Sequence record: SRR31156797_4828
Reading direction: 5' to 3' (one strand)
Length of the DNA: 64,000 nucleotides
The position numbers and the translations under genes were made by a program. Every line of letters begins with the position of its first letter. The first letter of the stretch is position 1. Below the pieces are notes generated by a model. The model saw only the letters and a program-made list of their open reading frames with translations, was not told where the DNA came from and searched no databases. Shown here piece by piece: positions 63,703 to 64,000 of this stretch.

Positions 63703-64000
63703 TTATTCTGCTGAGAAAAGATATGGATAAACCGGCTGATCTCCTTGATGGATCTCTACTTCGATCTCAGGATGCAGTTCAACGATCGCTTCTTCGATTT
63801 TCGCTGCTTCTTTGGCTTTGCCTTCTTCACCGATAATGATGGTGACGATCTCAGTATCTTCTGTGATCATTTTTTCTAAGGTAGTCATCGAAGCAGAGAA
63901 ACGATCGGGAACAGAAACAACGATTTTGCCGTCCACCATTCCTAAGAAGTCGCCTTCTGTGATTTCGATGCCATCAATTGATGTATTACGGATCGCATGG
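63703..64000 (-). CDS. fakA: DAK2-domain fatty acid kinase FakA/YloV, 3' part (truncated by window)
   Basis: C-terminal EIHQGDQPVYPYLFSAE; lies upstream of recG. Confidence 0.85.
   Translation of the reverse strand, partial: HAIRNTSIDGIEITEGDFLGMVDGKIVVSVPDRFSASMTTLEKMITEDTEIVTIIIGEEGKAKEAAKIEEAIVELHPEIEVEIHQGDQPVYPYLFSAE

Overview
Chromosomal segment of a low-GC Firmicute. The protein sequences (RpsD, GshF, PlsX/ACP, Opp) point to Enterococcus, probably the E. casseliflavus/gallinarum group (inferred, not database-checked). Most genes lie on the minus strand. (i) Bases 1-2811 are a visibly AT-rich, decaying mobile-element relic. It holds two pseudogenes (one YolD-like) around an intact secreted protein and a convergent small membrane protein; this pair looks like a colicin-M-like toxin/immunity module. 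(ii) 2812-15700 is a beta-1,2-glucan (sophoro-oligosaccharide) utilisation operon (ABC transporter, GH3, GH94 phosphorylase, LacI) with an extra CE7 esterase and an EEP phosphodiesterase. (iii) The rest is mostly core: ruvAB, msrB, maf, mutSL, ricA/ymcA, ymdB, pepT, mgsA, FNT, rpsD, spx, asp23, a GH73-M23 hydrolase, citZ/acnA/icd, bioY, a DUF2829-SDR-DUF925 operon, gshF, ftsY, smc, rnc, oppDFBCA, acp, plsX, recG and partial fakA. Regulatory sites seen: paired LacI operators, SOS box, BirA operator, CodY box, Rex-like boxes, the S4 leader, and a DnaA-box cluster inside mutL. I found no rRNA, tRNA, CRISPR array or intact transposase/integrase.
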